A DNA stretch of 62,030 nt, the filler included, from Candidatus Coatesbacteria bacterium (GTDB lineage: Bacteria; JAFGND01): the NCBI GenBank assembly GCA_016927185.1. It is 4 parts of 4 records of this genome, joined end to end, with 100 filler letters (N's around TTAATTAATTAA, not from the genome) between each part and the next. Parts side by side here need not be neighbours in the genome. Positions count along the whole stretch, not along the records: positions 1 to 10,329 come from JAFGND010000109.1; positions 10,430 to 41,920 come from JAFGND010000017.1; 2 more parts are not named here. One strand, written 5' to 3'. The position numbers and the translations under genes were made by a program. Positions 9,179 through 21,392 of the stretch are shown piece after piece (within the stretch, counting starts at the first letter, position 1; each line of letters starts with the position of its first letter). The notes below the pieces were generated by a model. It had not been told where the DNA came from and made no database searches. It saw only the letters and a list, made by a program, of their open reading frames with translations.

Positions 9179-10105
9179 TCAATCAATTTTTATTATTTTT
9201 TTTGTTTCTTTCCCACAGTAAACTATATATACTCCATTAGTCCATTCACTTGTATCAAGAGAATGTTTGCCTTTGGTAAGGTTCATTATCAGCTGACCGG
9301 TCAGGGAATAGATAGAACCTGAAGATGGCAGGGAGAGTGACAAGCGGTATGAAAAGGGGTTTGGAGAAACTGAGAAGTATTTAGCTGGTATATAAGAAGC
9401 TGATTTGTTGTTCTTGAAACCTTTATATCCATAAGCTTCTATTGCATAGAGATAATGATCACAACTTCCAACATAAACAACGCTATCTGAGACACAAGGT
9501 GAGGAAAAGACAGAACCATTTGTCCTGAACTTCCATTTAAGAATTCCATCTGAGCAGTTTATTGCATAGAGATAATAATCATCACTTCCAACATAAACAA
9601 TTCCATCTGAAACACAAGGTGAGGAAAAGATAGAACCACTTGTCCTAAATTTCCATTTAAGAGTTTCATCTGGGCAATTTATTGCATAAAGATAAGTATC
9701 ACTACTCCCAACATAAACAACTCCTTGTGAAACACAAGGAGAAGAAACGGAGAGGCCTGTATAACAGCTCCATTTAAGAGATCCGTTTGAACAGTTTATT
9801 GCAGAGATATAATGACCCTGGTCTCCAATATAAATAATTCCATTTGAAACACATGGAGAAGAGCCAACAGTACTATCTGTTTGATATTTCCATCTAAGAT
9901 TTTCATTTCGGCAATTTATTGCATAAAGAAAACCGGTCTCAAAAGGATCATCTATTCCACTTCCAATATAAACAACTCCCTCTGAAACACAAGGGGAAGA
10001 GAGATGGTAACCAGCTGTTCTGAACCTCCATACTAAATCCCCTGGAGCTGAAAAGAGCAGGGATGATAATGATAGCAGAAATATGGCTGCTATTAAGTTT
10101 CTCAT
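9179..10105 (-). CDS. Secreted PQQ-like beta-propeller repeat protein with short T9SS-like CTD
   Basis: Signal peptide from ATG 10105; five ~40-aa repeats SSPCVSxGxVYVGSxDxYLYAINCxxxxLKW; SPNPFS...NGVYIV...KKIIKID. Confidence 0.88.
   Translation of the reverse strand: MRNLIAAIFLLSLSSLLFSAPGDLVWRFRTAGYHLSSPCVSEGVVYIGSGIDDPFETGFLYAINCRNENLRWKYQTDSTVGSSPCVSNGIIYIGDQGHYISAINCSNGSLKWSCYTGLSVSSPCVSQGVVYVGSSDTYLYAINCPDETLKWKFRTSGSIFSSPCVSDGIVYVGSDDYYLYAINCSDGILKWKFRTNGSVFSSPCVSDSVVYVGSCDHYLYAIEAYGYKGFKNNKSASYIPAKYFSVSPNPFSYRLSLSLPSSGSIYSLTGQLIMNLTKGKHSLDTSEWTNGVYIVYCGKETKKIIKID
9441..10035 (-). repeat. Intragenic ~120-bp tandem repeats (about 5 copies)
   Basis: 9441-9560 vs 9561-9680: 15 mismatches in 120 nt by manual count; upstream copies are more diverged. 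Confidence 0.9.
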
Positions 10106-10329
10106 ACTAGCCTCTCTACAATAATCATGATCTTCCCTTTCATATATATCACTTAAAATCTGACAATATTTAATGTCAAGAATAATAATCCATCCCCTAG
10201 ACATGATGGACTGAATTTAACTCTCCTTCTCTCTCCAATACTTATAAATAGATGATTTGAAGAACAATCCCTCAAATGAGGTATTTTTGCAAGTGCTTTA
10301 CAAACATTGATTTATCTGGACTGCCTGTA

Positions 10330-10429
10330 NNNNNNNNNNNNNNNNNNNNNNNNNNNNNNNNNNNNNNNNNNNNTTAATTAATTAANNNNNNNNNNNNNNN
10401 NNNNNNNNNNNNNNNNNNNNNNNNNNNNN
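10330..10429. other. Artificial contig spacer
   Basis: 100 nt of N with central TTAATTAATTAA (stops in all six frames). Confidence 0.98.
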
Positions 10430-10929
<500 letters not shown>

Positions 10930-11043
10930 AAGGAGATAAGGTGTGTAACCTTATCTGAAGCACGAATAAGCTTGAGTTTGTTATCTGCATATCCTTTGGA
11001 ATTACCATTTCCGAATGTGCTATGGGCTTGCTTAAGCTATTAG

Positions 11044-11117
11044 GGGCCTATAGCTCAGTTGGTTAGAGCGCGCGCCTGATAAGCGCGAGGTCATTGGTTC
11101 AATTCCAATTAGGCCCA
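11044..11117 (+). tRNA. tRNA-Ile (GAT)
   Basis: GGGCCTA...CGCGC-CTGATAA-GCGCG...TAGGCCCA in the 16S-23S spacer. Confidence 0.96.
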
Positions 11118-11130
11118 TACTGAAAAGTAT

Positions 11131-11203
11131 GGGGATGTGGCTCAGCTGGTAGAGCACCGCCCTTGCACGGCGGGTGTCAGCGGTTCGAATCCGCTCATCT
11201 CCA
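11131..11203 (+). tRNA. tRNA-Ala (TGC)
   Basis: GGGGATG...CCGCC-CTTGCAC-GGCGG...CATCTCCA in the 16S-23S spacer. Confidence 0.96.
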
Positions 11204-11296
11204 TTTAATAAATGTTCATTACTATGAAAATATAGGGGAAGAAATGAAGTATTACCGTAGGGTAAACTTGATGGTGAACCTTTGGAAAAATTATTT

Positions 11297-14286
<2,990 letters not shown>

Positions 14287-14336
14287 TTTTTATATATTTT
14301 TCGTACTTTCATTTCTTCCTCTATTTAAATATTTAT

Positions 14337-14454
14337 TCCCGGTGATTATTGGCAGGAGGCCACACCCGTTCCCATTCCGAATACGGCCGTTAAGCTCCTG
14401 ATCGCTGATGATACTGCAGTCTTACGACTGTGGGAAAGTAGGTTATCGCCGGGT
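14337..14454 (+). rRNA. rrf: 5S rRNA
   Basis: CCCGGTGAT...CACCCGTTCCCATTCCGAATACGG...GGGAAAGTAGGTTATCGCCGGG. Confidence 0.95.
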
Positions 14455-14582
14455 TTTTTATTTTGTGAAAAATCTTTTCATGTCCATCAATTACTGCTTG
14501 ATATACTATCATTTCACTTGACTTAATATTTCCAGGGGAAATCCAAGCTCTTTAAGAATAAAATCTCCCTAAAAGGAATTGA

Positions 14583-17441
14583 ATGCCACCACTTGATGAA
14601 GTAAGGAATCTTGTTAGTCGTTTTGATGCAGATCCAAAAAACAGGAATATCAATGAAGAAACTCTTTGCCAATATTTCCTGTTACCATTCTTTGAAATAC
14701 TAGGCTGGGATATTTCTAACAAGACAGGATTGAATGAAGTAAAACCACAATACAGCCTGAGAACAGAAGATGGAAGACAGGCACCTGACTATGCATTCTG
14801 TCTTGATGGAAAACCGAAATTCTTTGTAGAAGCGAAAAAGCCATCTACCAATATAAAATCATTAAGTGAATCAGCTTATCAGTTAAGACGATATGCTTGG
14901 AGTGCACATCTTCCAGTTTCGATACTTTCTGATTTCGATGAATTTGCACTCTATGACTGCAGAGTTCCACCTGCTCATGAAGATGGTGCAGAGATAGCAA
15001 GAATAGATTATTTTGAACACAGGAATTTAGAAAACAAGCTTGAGAATTTCTATAATCTCTTTTCCAAAGAGGCAGTCAAGAATGGTTCTCTGGATAAATA
15101 TTCAGAAGACACAAGAAATCAAAGAGGAGTAAGCGAAGTAGATGATGAATTCCTTAAGGAAATAAGGAAGTGGAGAGAAATCCTTGCAGTAGATATAGCA
15201 CGAAACAATCAAGACCTTGATCAAAGCTCCCTCAATTATGTAGTCCAGCTTACAATAGACAGGATAATCTTCTTGAGAATTTGTGAAGACAGGGGAATAG
15301 AGAAGTTCGGGCAACTGATGTCATTACAGAATGGGAATAATATCTACAAGAGATTGATTAGTCTTTATCACAATGCAGACGAAAAGTATAATTCAGGCTT
15401 GTTTCATTTCAGGAAAGAAAAAGACAGGGAAGATCCTGATGATATAAGTCTTGATAAAGTTATAAATGACAATACATTAGTTAAAATATTCAAGAGGCTC
15501 TATTTCCCGGAAAGTCCTTATGAATTCTCAGTATTTTCAGCTGAAATCTTAGGTCAGGTTTATGAACAGTTTCTTGGTGAGGTAATAGTATTGAATGAAA
15601 ACCATGAAGTTGAAATAGTTCAGAAACCAGAAGTAAGAAAAGCAGGTGGAGTTTACTATACTCCCCGCTATATAGTTGACTATATAGTGAATAATACGGT
15701 AGGGAAGCTGTTTGAGAACAAGACTGCAAAGGAAGCAAGATACATTCATATACTGGATCCAGCTTGCGGATCCGGTTCTTTTCTTTTAGGTGCTTTTGAT
15801 TACCTGCTTGACTGGTACAGGAAGAAGTATTCAGAAGATGGTATTGAAAAGCATGAAAAGGAATTGTATGTTACAAAAGAGGGTGAAGTAAAGCTTACTG
15901 TAAATGAAAGGAAGAGAATTCTCCTTGCTCATTTATATGGAGTTGATATTGACAGTCAGGCAGTTGAAGTGACAAAGCTGTCTTTGCTTCTGAAGGTTCT
16001 TGAAGGAGAGAATGACCAGACAATTGATCTTCAAATGAAGATGTTTCAGGAAAGAGTATTACCTGATTTGACAAGGAATATCAAATGCGGTAATTCATTG
16101 ATTGGAACTGATTTCTATGAAGGAAAGCAGAATATAACTAAAGAAGAAATGTTAAGAATCAATGCATTTGACTGGGACAAGGGATTTCCTGAGATAATGA
16201 GTAAAGGTGGTTTCGATGCAGTAATAGGGAATCCACCATGGGTTGATATAAAAGGATTAGACAAGGTAATTGTTAAATTTTATTTTAGTTTTTATAAAAC
16301 AACAGCAAACAGAATAAATATCTTTTCAATTTTTATTGAAAAATCCTTACATTTATTGAATAAAACTGGTAAACTTGGTTTTATTATTCCTAGCTCAATA
16401 TTAACTCAGAGTTCTTACAATAAGATAAGAAAAGATATTTTAGATAACTATCAAATAGAAATAATTGTAAGACTTCCTGATAATGTGTTTATAAGTGTTA
16501 AAGCAGAAACATGTATTCTGATTGTTTCAAGTTCTTTTTCAGATAATGGAATTAATACAATAGTATATCAAAGACAAGATAAGATAAGTGAAATTGGTGA
16601 AAATAATTGTTTGTCTTTTAAGCAATTTAATAAAAGTATATTTCTTAATAATAATTACTTGATAAATGTTATAATGGATAGTAGTATCATAGAAATCTTA
16701 AAAAAGATTGAAGATAAAAGTAATTGTTTAAGCGATATTTGTACTTTTTCACTCGGTATTACACCCTATGATAAATATAAAGGACATACTCAAGAAGAAA
16801 TAAGAAATAGAATTTTTCATTCAAAAACCAAGATAAGTGATGAATATAAGGATCTGCTTTCCGGCGAAGATATTAAAAGATATTATATAAATACTAAAGT
16901 AAAGGAATTTATTAAATATGGGAAATGGTTAGGGGCTCCAAGAGAGAAAAAATTCTTTGAAGGTGAAAAAATATTCGTAAGGCAAATTATTAGCGGAAAA
17001 CCATTACGAATCTATGCGTCATATTCAAATACTGAACTTTACATTACCCAAATTGCTTTCTCAATAGTTAGAAAAAGCGATATTTGTTTAAAATTTGTTC
17101 TAGGTATTTTAAATTCAAAGCTTATGTCTTTTTACCATCGGAGTAAATTTCTAGATTTTTCTAAAAACCTTTTTCAGAAGATTCTTATTCAGGATGCGAA
17201 ATTGTTTCCTTTTAGAATTCTTGATCTGAAGAATGACCAAGATAAACTAATATATAGTTCAATTATTTCTCTAGTAGATAGAATTCTTGACTTATATAAA
17301 GGATATTTTGAAACTCAAGCACCAAACGAAAAAGCAATTTTCAATAATCTTATAGAAGCAACTGACAGGCAAATAGATGAGCTTGTCTATAAACTCTATG
17401 ATTTAACTGATGAAGAAATAAGGATAATAGAAGGAGAATAA
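14583..17441 (+). CDS. Type IIG (Eco57I-like) fused restriction endonuclease/adenine methyltransferase
   Basis: N-terminal PD...EAK nuclease; GVYYTP; ILDPACGSGSF (motif I); GNPPW (motif IV); TaqI-like C-terminal TRD; IDELVYKLY tail. Confidence 0.92.
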   Translation: MPPLDEVRNLVSRFDADPKNRNINEETLCQYFLLPFFEILGWDISNKTGLNEVKPQYSLRTEDGRQAPDYAFCLDGKPKFFVEAKKPSTNIKSLSESAYQLRRYAWSAHLPVSILSDFDEFALYDCRVPPAHEDGAEIARIDYFEHRNLENKLENFYNLFSKEAVKNGSLDKYSEDTRNQRGVSEVDDEFLKEIRKWREILAVDIARNNQDLDQSSLNYVVQLTIDRIIFLRICEDRGIEKFGQLMSLQNGNNIYKRLISLYHNADEKYNSGLFHFRKEKDREDPDDISLDKVINDNTLVKIFKRLYFPESPYEFSVFSAEILGQVYEQFLGEVIVLNENHEVEIVQKPEVRKAGGVYYTPRYIVDYIVNNTVGKLFENKTAKEARYIHILDPACGSGSFLLGAFDYLLDWYRKKYSEDGIEKHEKELYVTKEGEVKLTVNERKRILLAHLYGVDIDSQAVEVTKLSLLLKVLEGENDQTIDLQMKMFQERVLPDLTRNIKCGNSLIGTDFYEGKQNITKEEMLRINAFDWDKGFPEIMSKGGFDAVIGNPPWVDIKGLDKVIVKFYFSFYKTTANRINIFSIFIEKSLHLLNKTGKLGFIIPSSILTQSSYNKIRKDILDNYQIEIIVRLPDNVFISVKAETCILIVSSSFSDNGINTIVYQRQDKISEIGENNCLSFKQFNKSIFLNNNYLINVIMDSSIIEILKKIEDKSNCLSDICTFSLGITPYDKYKGHTQEEIRNRIFHSKTKISDEYKDLLSGEDIKRYYINTKVKEFIKYGKWLGAPREKKFFEGEKIFVRQIISGKPLRIYASYSNTELYITQIAFSIVRKSDICLKFVLGILNSKLMSFYHRSKFLDFSKNLFQKILIQDAKLFPFRILDLKNDQDKLIYSSIISLVDRILDLYKGYFETQAPNEKAIFNNLIEATDRQIDELVYKLYDLTDEEIRIIEGE

Positions 17442-17447
17442 TGTTTT

Positions 17448-17921
17448 ATGGAATTCAGGAAAATTGCTTCTGATGTCAAGATTGGCGAAAATGTAAAGAT
17501 TTTCGAATTCACCAATCTGTATGGTTGCGAAATCGGGGATAATACAAAAATCGGTGCATTTGTCGAAATTCAGAAAAATGCAAAAATTGGCAAGAACTGC
17601 AAGATATCAAGTCATACTTTTATATGCGAAGGTGTAACAATTGAGGACAATGTCTTTGTTGGACATAATGTTACATTCATCAATGACCTCTATCCCAGAG
17701 CAACCTCGGTAGAAGGAAAACTGCAGAATGAAAGCGACTGGAAGGTAGTGCCTACACTTGTAAAACAAGGTGCATCAATAGGTTCTAGCGTCACTATCCT
17801 TGCAGGAGTGACAATAGGGGAAAGAGCAATAGTTGGTGCAGGAAGCGTTGTTACTAAGGATGTTCCTCCTGATACTATTGTTGCTGGAGTACCTGCAAGA
17901 GTAAAAAGAAAGATTGACTGA
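17448..17921 (+). CDS. Hexapeptide-repeat N-acetyltransferase (sugar-nucleotide acetyltransferase type)
   Basis: IGxNxKI repeats, FINDLYPR, GAGSVVTKDVP. Confidence 0.9.
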   Translation: MEFRKIASDVKIGENVKIFEFTNLYGCEIGDNTKIGAFVEIQKNAKIGKNCKISSHTFICEGVTIEDNVFVGHNVTFINDLYPRATSVEGKLQNESDWKVVPTLVKQGASIGSSVTILAGVTIGERAIVGAGSVVTKDVPPDTIVAGVPARVKRKID

Positions 17922-17942
17922 TACTTGCAAACAAGACAGGAT

Positions 17943-18545
17943 CTATTGCTTCTTCACTACTACCTTGTCAATCTTGAATGAAAAAGTATATTCCTTCTTT
18001 TTCCCCTTGATTTCAAGCGGCATGTAAATGCTGAAATTCTTTCCCTCATACATTTTTTTGGCTTCTATCTCCTTTGCAGGGAATGAAAATAACTCGTATA
18101 CATTCCAGTAGCTGTTTTGTCCACTAACGAAATAGACGTTGTATGCAGGAATCATAAGGTCAGATATTTCCATTTTAGGAGGGATAGTCGTGGGAAACTG
18201 CGGTTCATCTTTCTTTACATACCTGACACCTGAATGAATTATCCTGTATGATGTCCCGTTTATCGTAATGAATGACAAGTCATCCCATTTTATCTTTATT
18301 CCTTCATCAGTCTTATTCTTGATTTTGAAGGAGATGCAAGTCTTTTCCAATAAAAAGCTTATATCAATATTCTCATCAGAAAAGGCTAAAGTCTTTGACA
18401 CCTTGGGCTTTTCAAGTGAGACATCAAGACTGTAGAATGCTCTGGTTGAAGTGCATGCTGAGGATGCTATAAAAAGAAGCATGCCTGTTAAGAACACAAT
18501 TGAAATAAGCAGAAACTTTTTCAGAAATATCTCTCTATTTGACAT
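17943..18545 (-). CDS. Hypothetical exported protein, probable lipoprotein
   Basis: Hydrophobic N-terminus followed by SSAC; SD GAGG. Confidence 0.7.
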   Translation of the reverse strand: MSNREIFLKKFLLISIVFLTGMLLFIASSACTSTRAFYSLDVSLEKPKVSKTLAFSDENIDISFLLEKTCISFKIKNKTDEGIKIKWDDLSFITINGTSYRIIHSGVRYVKKDEPQFPTTIPPKMEISDLMIPAYNVYFVSGQNSYWNVYELFSFPAKEIEAKKMYEGKNFSIYMPLEIKGKKKEYTFSFKIDKVVVKKQ

Positions 18546-18605
18546 ATTACCTCACAATTTTGAGTATTCAGGTAAAGAAAAATAACATTTTCAAGATAAA
18601 GAAGT

Positions 18606-21392
18606 TCAAAAAAACAAACCGCCTGTCAATACAAATCCTTCCTTTAATTTCCTGTCATCAAATCTGTAAGTAATAAACGGACCGATACTCAACCTTATTC
18701 CATACCAGAAAATCAGATCATCAAGAATAAAGCACGTTGCATCTGATGTCCAGTTCTTTTCATCATCAAACAACCTTCTGTATTTCAATCCCTCAATCTG
18801 GAAATTTATATCTAACTTATATGAATGAATCTGCCAGAAACGGATTAATGAATACTTGATCGGGAATGTGTAATTGATTGAGCCATATAAATATCTCTCA
18901 GTCTGAAACGTGTCTGTCTTATATGATGGAAACCTGAAAGCTTCTCCACCAAACGAAAAGGTATTATCAAACCAGATGGAGTTAAGGCTGTAAGCATATC
19001 CAGTTTCTCCTGTCAAAGATAATGTATGCTGGCTTATTGGCATGGGAATGTAATTAGCAAATGTCAGTACATTTTTGCTTTGTCTCGAATTTTTCTTCCA
19101 TTCCTGATAAAGAGAGGATCTTATTCTTGCGAACTGACCCTTTTTCCAGGAATTCCAGCTTTCTGTATTGTTGTAAATTAAAGCCATGGAAGGAATTAGT
19201 CTTATATCAGGAGGCAATCCCCATTCATCAGGAATTCTTTCTTGTTCACTTATACCAAATATCTTGCTTACTGTAAATGAAGGAGTTAACCTTACATATC
19301 TGCTCAAAGGCAAATTAAGTGATAAACTTCCCCAATTGTTTCTCCAGAAATAGAGACTGTCTTGAAGTGCTTTGTCTGCATGTAAATCAGTACTTCCCTG
19401 AATAATAATGGGATATTTCCATGCAGAATTAACATATGAAAATCCGAACTCAGCTTTCTTGCTGTCAAGAACCATTCCACCATTCATGAACAATTCATGC
19501 CTGTTCAAATCATCTTCAAGATAAATATTATATCCGAAATGATGCTGGTTGTTTTTAAAATAGTATGGATACCAGTATTTTGGAGAAATGGAATTCAGGA
19601 AATTGTAATCTCTTGCATCTGTTGGTTTTGAAAAGGTGAGTTTCCTCGGAGAGCCTGCCTTTGCTTCCTTTTTTGAAACTCCTTTTCTGTTCAGGAATAT
19701 CTTGAAGAGAGACATTCCATTTTCAGAAAATCCTGTTGCAAGCGCAGTCGAATCATCTATTGCAAAGGCATTATATATTCCCCCATTTCTTAATCTGCAA
19801 GTCTCCTTTGTTTCTTCATTTATATTAAACTTGATAAGCTCTGGAAAAGCACTGTTACTTCCCTGAGCATATAGATATCTGTCATCAGATGAGAAAAATG
19901 GTGATGAAAGGAATTTCTTGCTGAACTCTTTTTGGGATCCGGTTTTGAAATCATGTATCAAGCAGCTTACAAGCAAGGGCTTATCCCTGTCCAGCCTCAG
20001 ATAAGCAAGCTTGCTACCATCTTTGCTGAATACCGGTTGTTCGAAAGAGTATCTGTAAGGTTCCTGATAAAGCGGATATGGTTCAGTAAAGTTTTCTGAT
20101 ATCTGTATGGATTGTATCCCGTTTTCATTAACAACAATTGCCAGGCGAGATAATCCTTTTGAATCACAATGAATTGCGAAATCAATTATCCTTGATTCCT
20201 TGAAAAGAATGGAAGTCTTTTTGCTTTCCAGATCAAGAACTTTCAATCTGGAAAGGGTTCTGTACCCCTTATTATAATTTTCCAGGAAGAAAATCTTCTT
20301 GCCATCAAAATCACTTTCTACCCTGTTACCAATATCCCTGTTTTTGTATGCACATTTCACATCTTTGCTGTCAAGGTTCCATATATATATTGCTGGATTG
20401 GACATAATGCTTTCTTGTCCAATAAAGACATATCCATTCTTGAAGCGGGAAACATGCCTGATATCATGAAACTTTTTGCTTGGTATCTTAATTTCGCTGA
20501 AAGTGTCCTTGTCATTTTTCAAATCTCTCTTCAATTCATATTTCCACTCCTTGTCTGCCTTTGACAGACTTTTATCAATGATTCCTGAAAAGTGCTTCTC
20601 AAAACTTACTACAAGAACAAGTGGTGTACCTCTCTTCCTGAAAACTTCAGTAAGCAGATCTTCCCTGCTTGCGTACTGTTTTCTCAGGAATGAGAATCCA
20701 TAATTATAAATTGCCTCTGAACCTGGAAATGGAGCCTGTTCTAAACCAAGTATTTCCTCTTGCCTGAAAGGTTTAGTAGTGCGTACATTTAGCAAGGCTT
20801 GTCTTACGTCATCCCAGCAGTCATATCCAGCAACACTGGAGCCGATCTGGGCAACTCCCTCGGTAAACCAGTATGGATTGACTGTATCAGGCAAATAAAG
20901 ATTACCCAGCATATAATAAAGGACATTTCCTGCTCCATGCCTTTGTCTCAGGTGAATGAGATGAGTAAGTTCATGAGATGCAACCATTGGCAGCCATGAC
21001 TTAGAAGATCTGAACTTGTATCTCTTATGCTGTGTCCATATTTGAATTTTGCCAGTAACTGGATTTGCCAGTCCATTAGAGTAATCCTCGTAACCTATTA
21101 GTATGACTGCATATTTTTCATTATCATTTTTTCTTGCAAAATATGAAATAACCCTGTATGATGTTTCTAAAAGATCAGCTATATATGAAGCTTGTTCATG
21201 AAGATAAGGATAATCCTGGAAATATATTGCAAAATGCCTTGTTTCAATTACCTTCCATTTTTCATCTGAATCAGTCCAGCCAGTTGTATTCATGAATTTT
21301 TTTTCGAAAATGTATTCAGGCATTGATTGTCTGGCATTCAGTAAGCCAGCAATGAGTAAAATGAAAGTTAAGTAACTAATTAATTTCTTCAT
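18606..21392 (-). CDS. Exported protein: HExxH (MA-clan) metallopeptidase domain + TolB-like propeller + Omp85-like beta-barrel
   Basis: Signal peptide; IETRHFAIYF; SHELTH...WFTEGVA; PVFSKDGSKLAY; amphipathic strands; C-terminal Phe. Confidence 0.75.
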   Translation of the reverse strand: MKKLISYLTFILLIAGLLNARQSMPEYIFEKKFMNTTGWTDSDEKWKVIETRHFAIYFQDYPYLHEQASYIADLLETSYRVISYFARKNDNEKYAVILIGYEDYSNGLANPVTGKIQIWTQHKRYKFRSSKSWLPMVASHELTHLIHLRQRHGAGNVLYYMLGNLYLPDTVNPYWFTEGVAQIGSSVAGYDCWDDVRQALLNVRTTKPFRQEEILGLEQAPFPGSEAIYNYGFSFLRKQYASREDLLTEVFRKRGTPLVLVVSFEKHFSGIIDKSLSKADKEWKYELKRDLKNDKDTFSEIKIPSKKFHDIRHVSRFKNGYVFIGQESIMSNPAIYIWNLDSKDVKCAYKNRDIGNRVESDFDGKKIFFLENYNKGYRTLSRLKVLDLESKKTSILFKESRIIDFAIHCDSKGLSRLAIVVNENGIQSIQISENFTEPYPLYQEPYRYSFEQPVFSKDGSKLAYLRLDRDKPLLVSCLIHDFKTGSQKEFSKKFLSSPFFSSDDRYLYAQGSNSAFPELIKFNINEETKETCRLRNGGIYNAFAIDDSTALATGFSENGMSLFKIFLNRKGVSKKEAKAGSPRKLTFSKPTDARDYNFLNSISPKYWYPYYFKNNQHHFGYNIYLEDDLNRHELFMNGGMVLDSKKAEFGFSYVNSAWKYPIIIQGSTDLHADKALQDSLYFWRNNWGSLSLNLPLSRYVRLTPSFTVSKIFGISEQERIPDEWGLPPDIRLIPSMALIYNNTESWNSWKKGQFARIRSSLYQEWKKNSRQSKNVLTFANYIPMPISQHTLSLTGETGYAYSLNSIWFDNTFSFGGEAFRFPSYKTDTFQTERYLYGSINYTFPIKYSLIRFWQIHSYKLDINFQIEGLKYRRLFDDEKNWTSDATCFILDDLIFWYGIRLSIGPFITYRFDDRKLKEGFVLTGGLFF

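Noticed and set aside
9441-9800. Diversity-generating retroelement TR/VR pair
   Set aside because: The repeats are in-frame tandem protein repeats, mismatches are not confined to adenines, and no reverse transcriptase is in the window.
10374-10385. Recurrent TTAATTAATTAA motif (three places)
   Set aside because: Artificial six-frame-stop linker inside N spacers.
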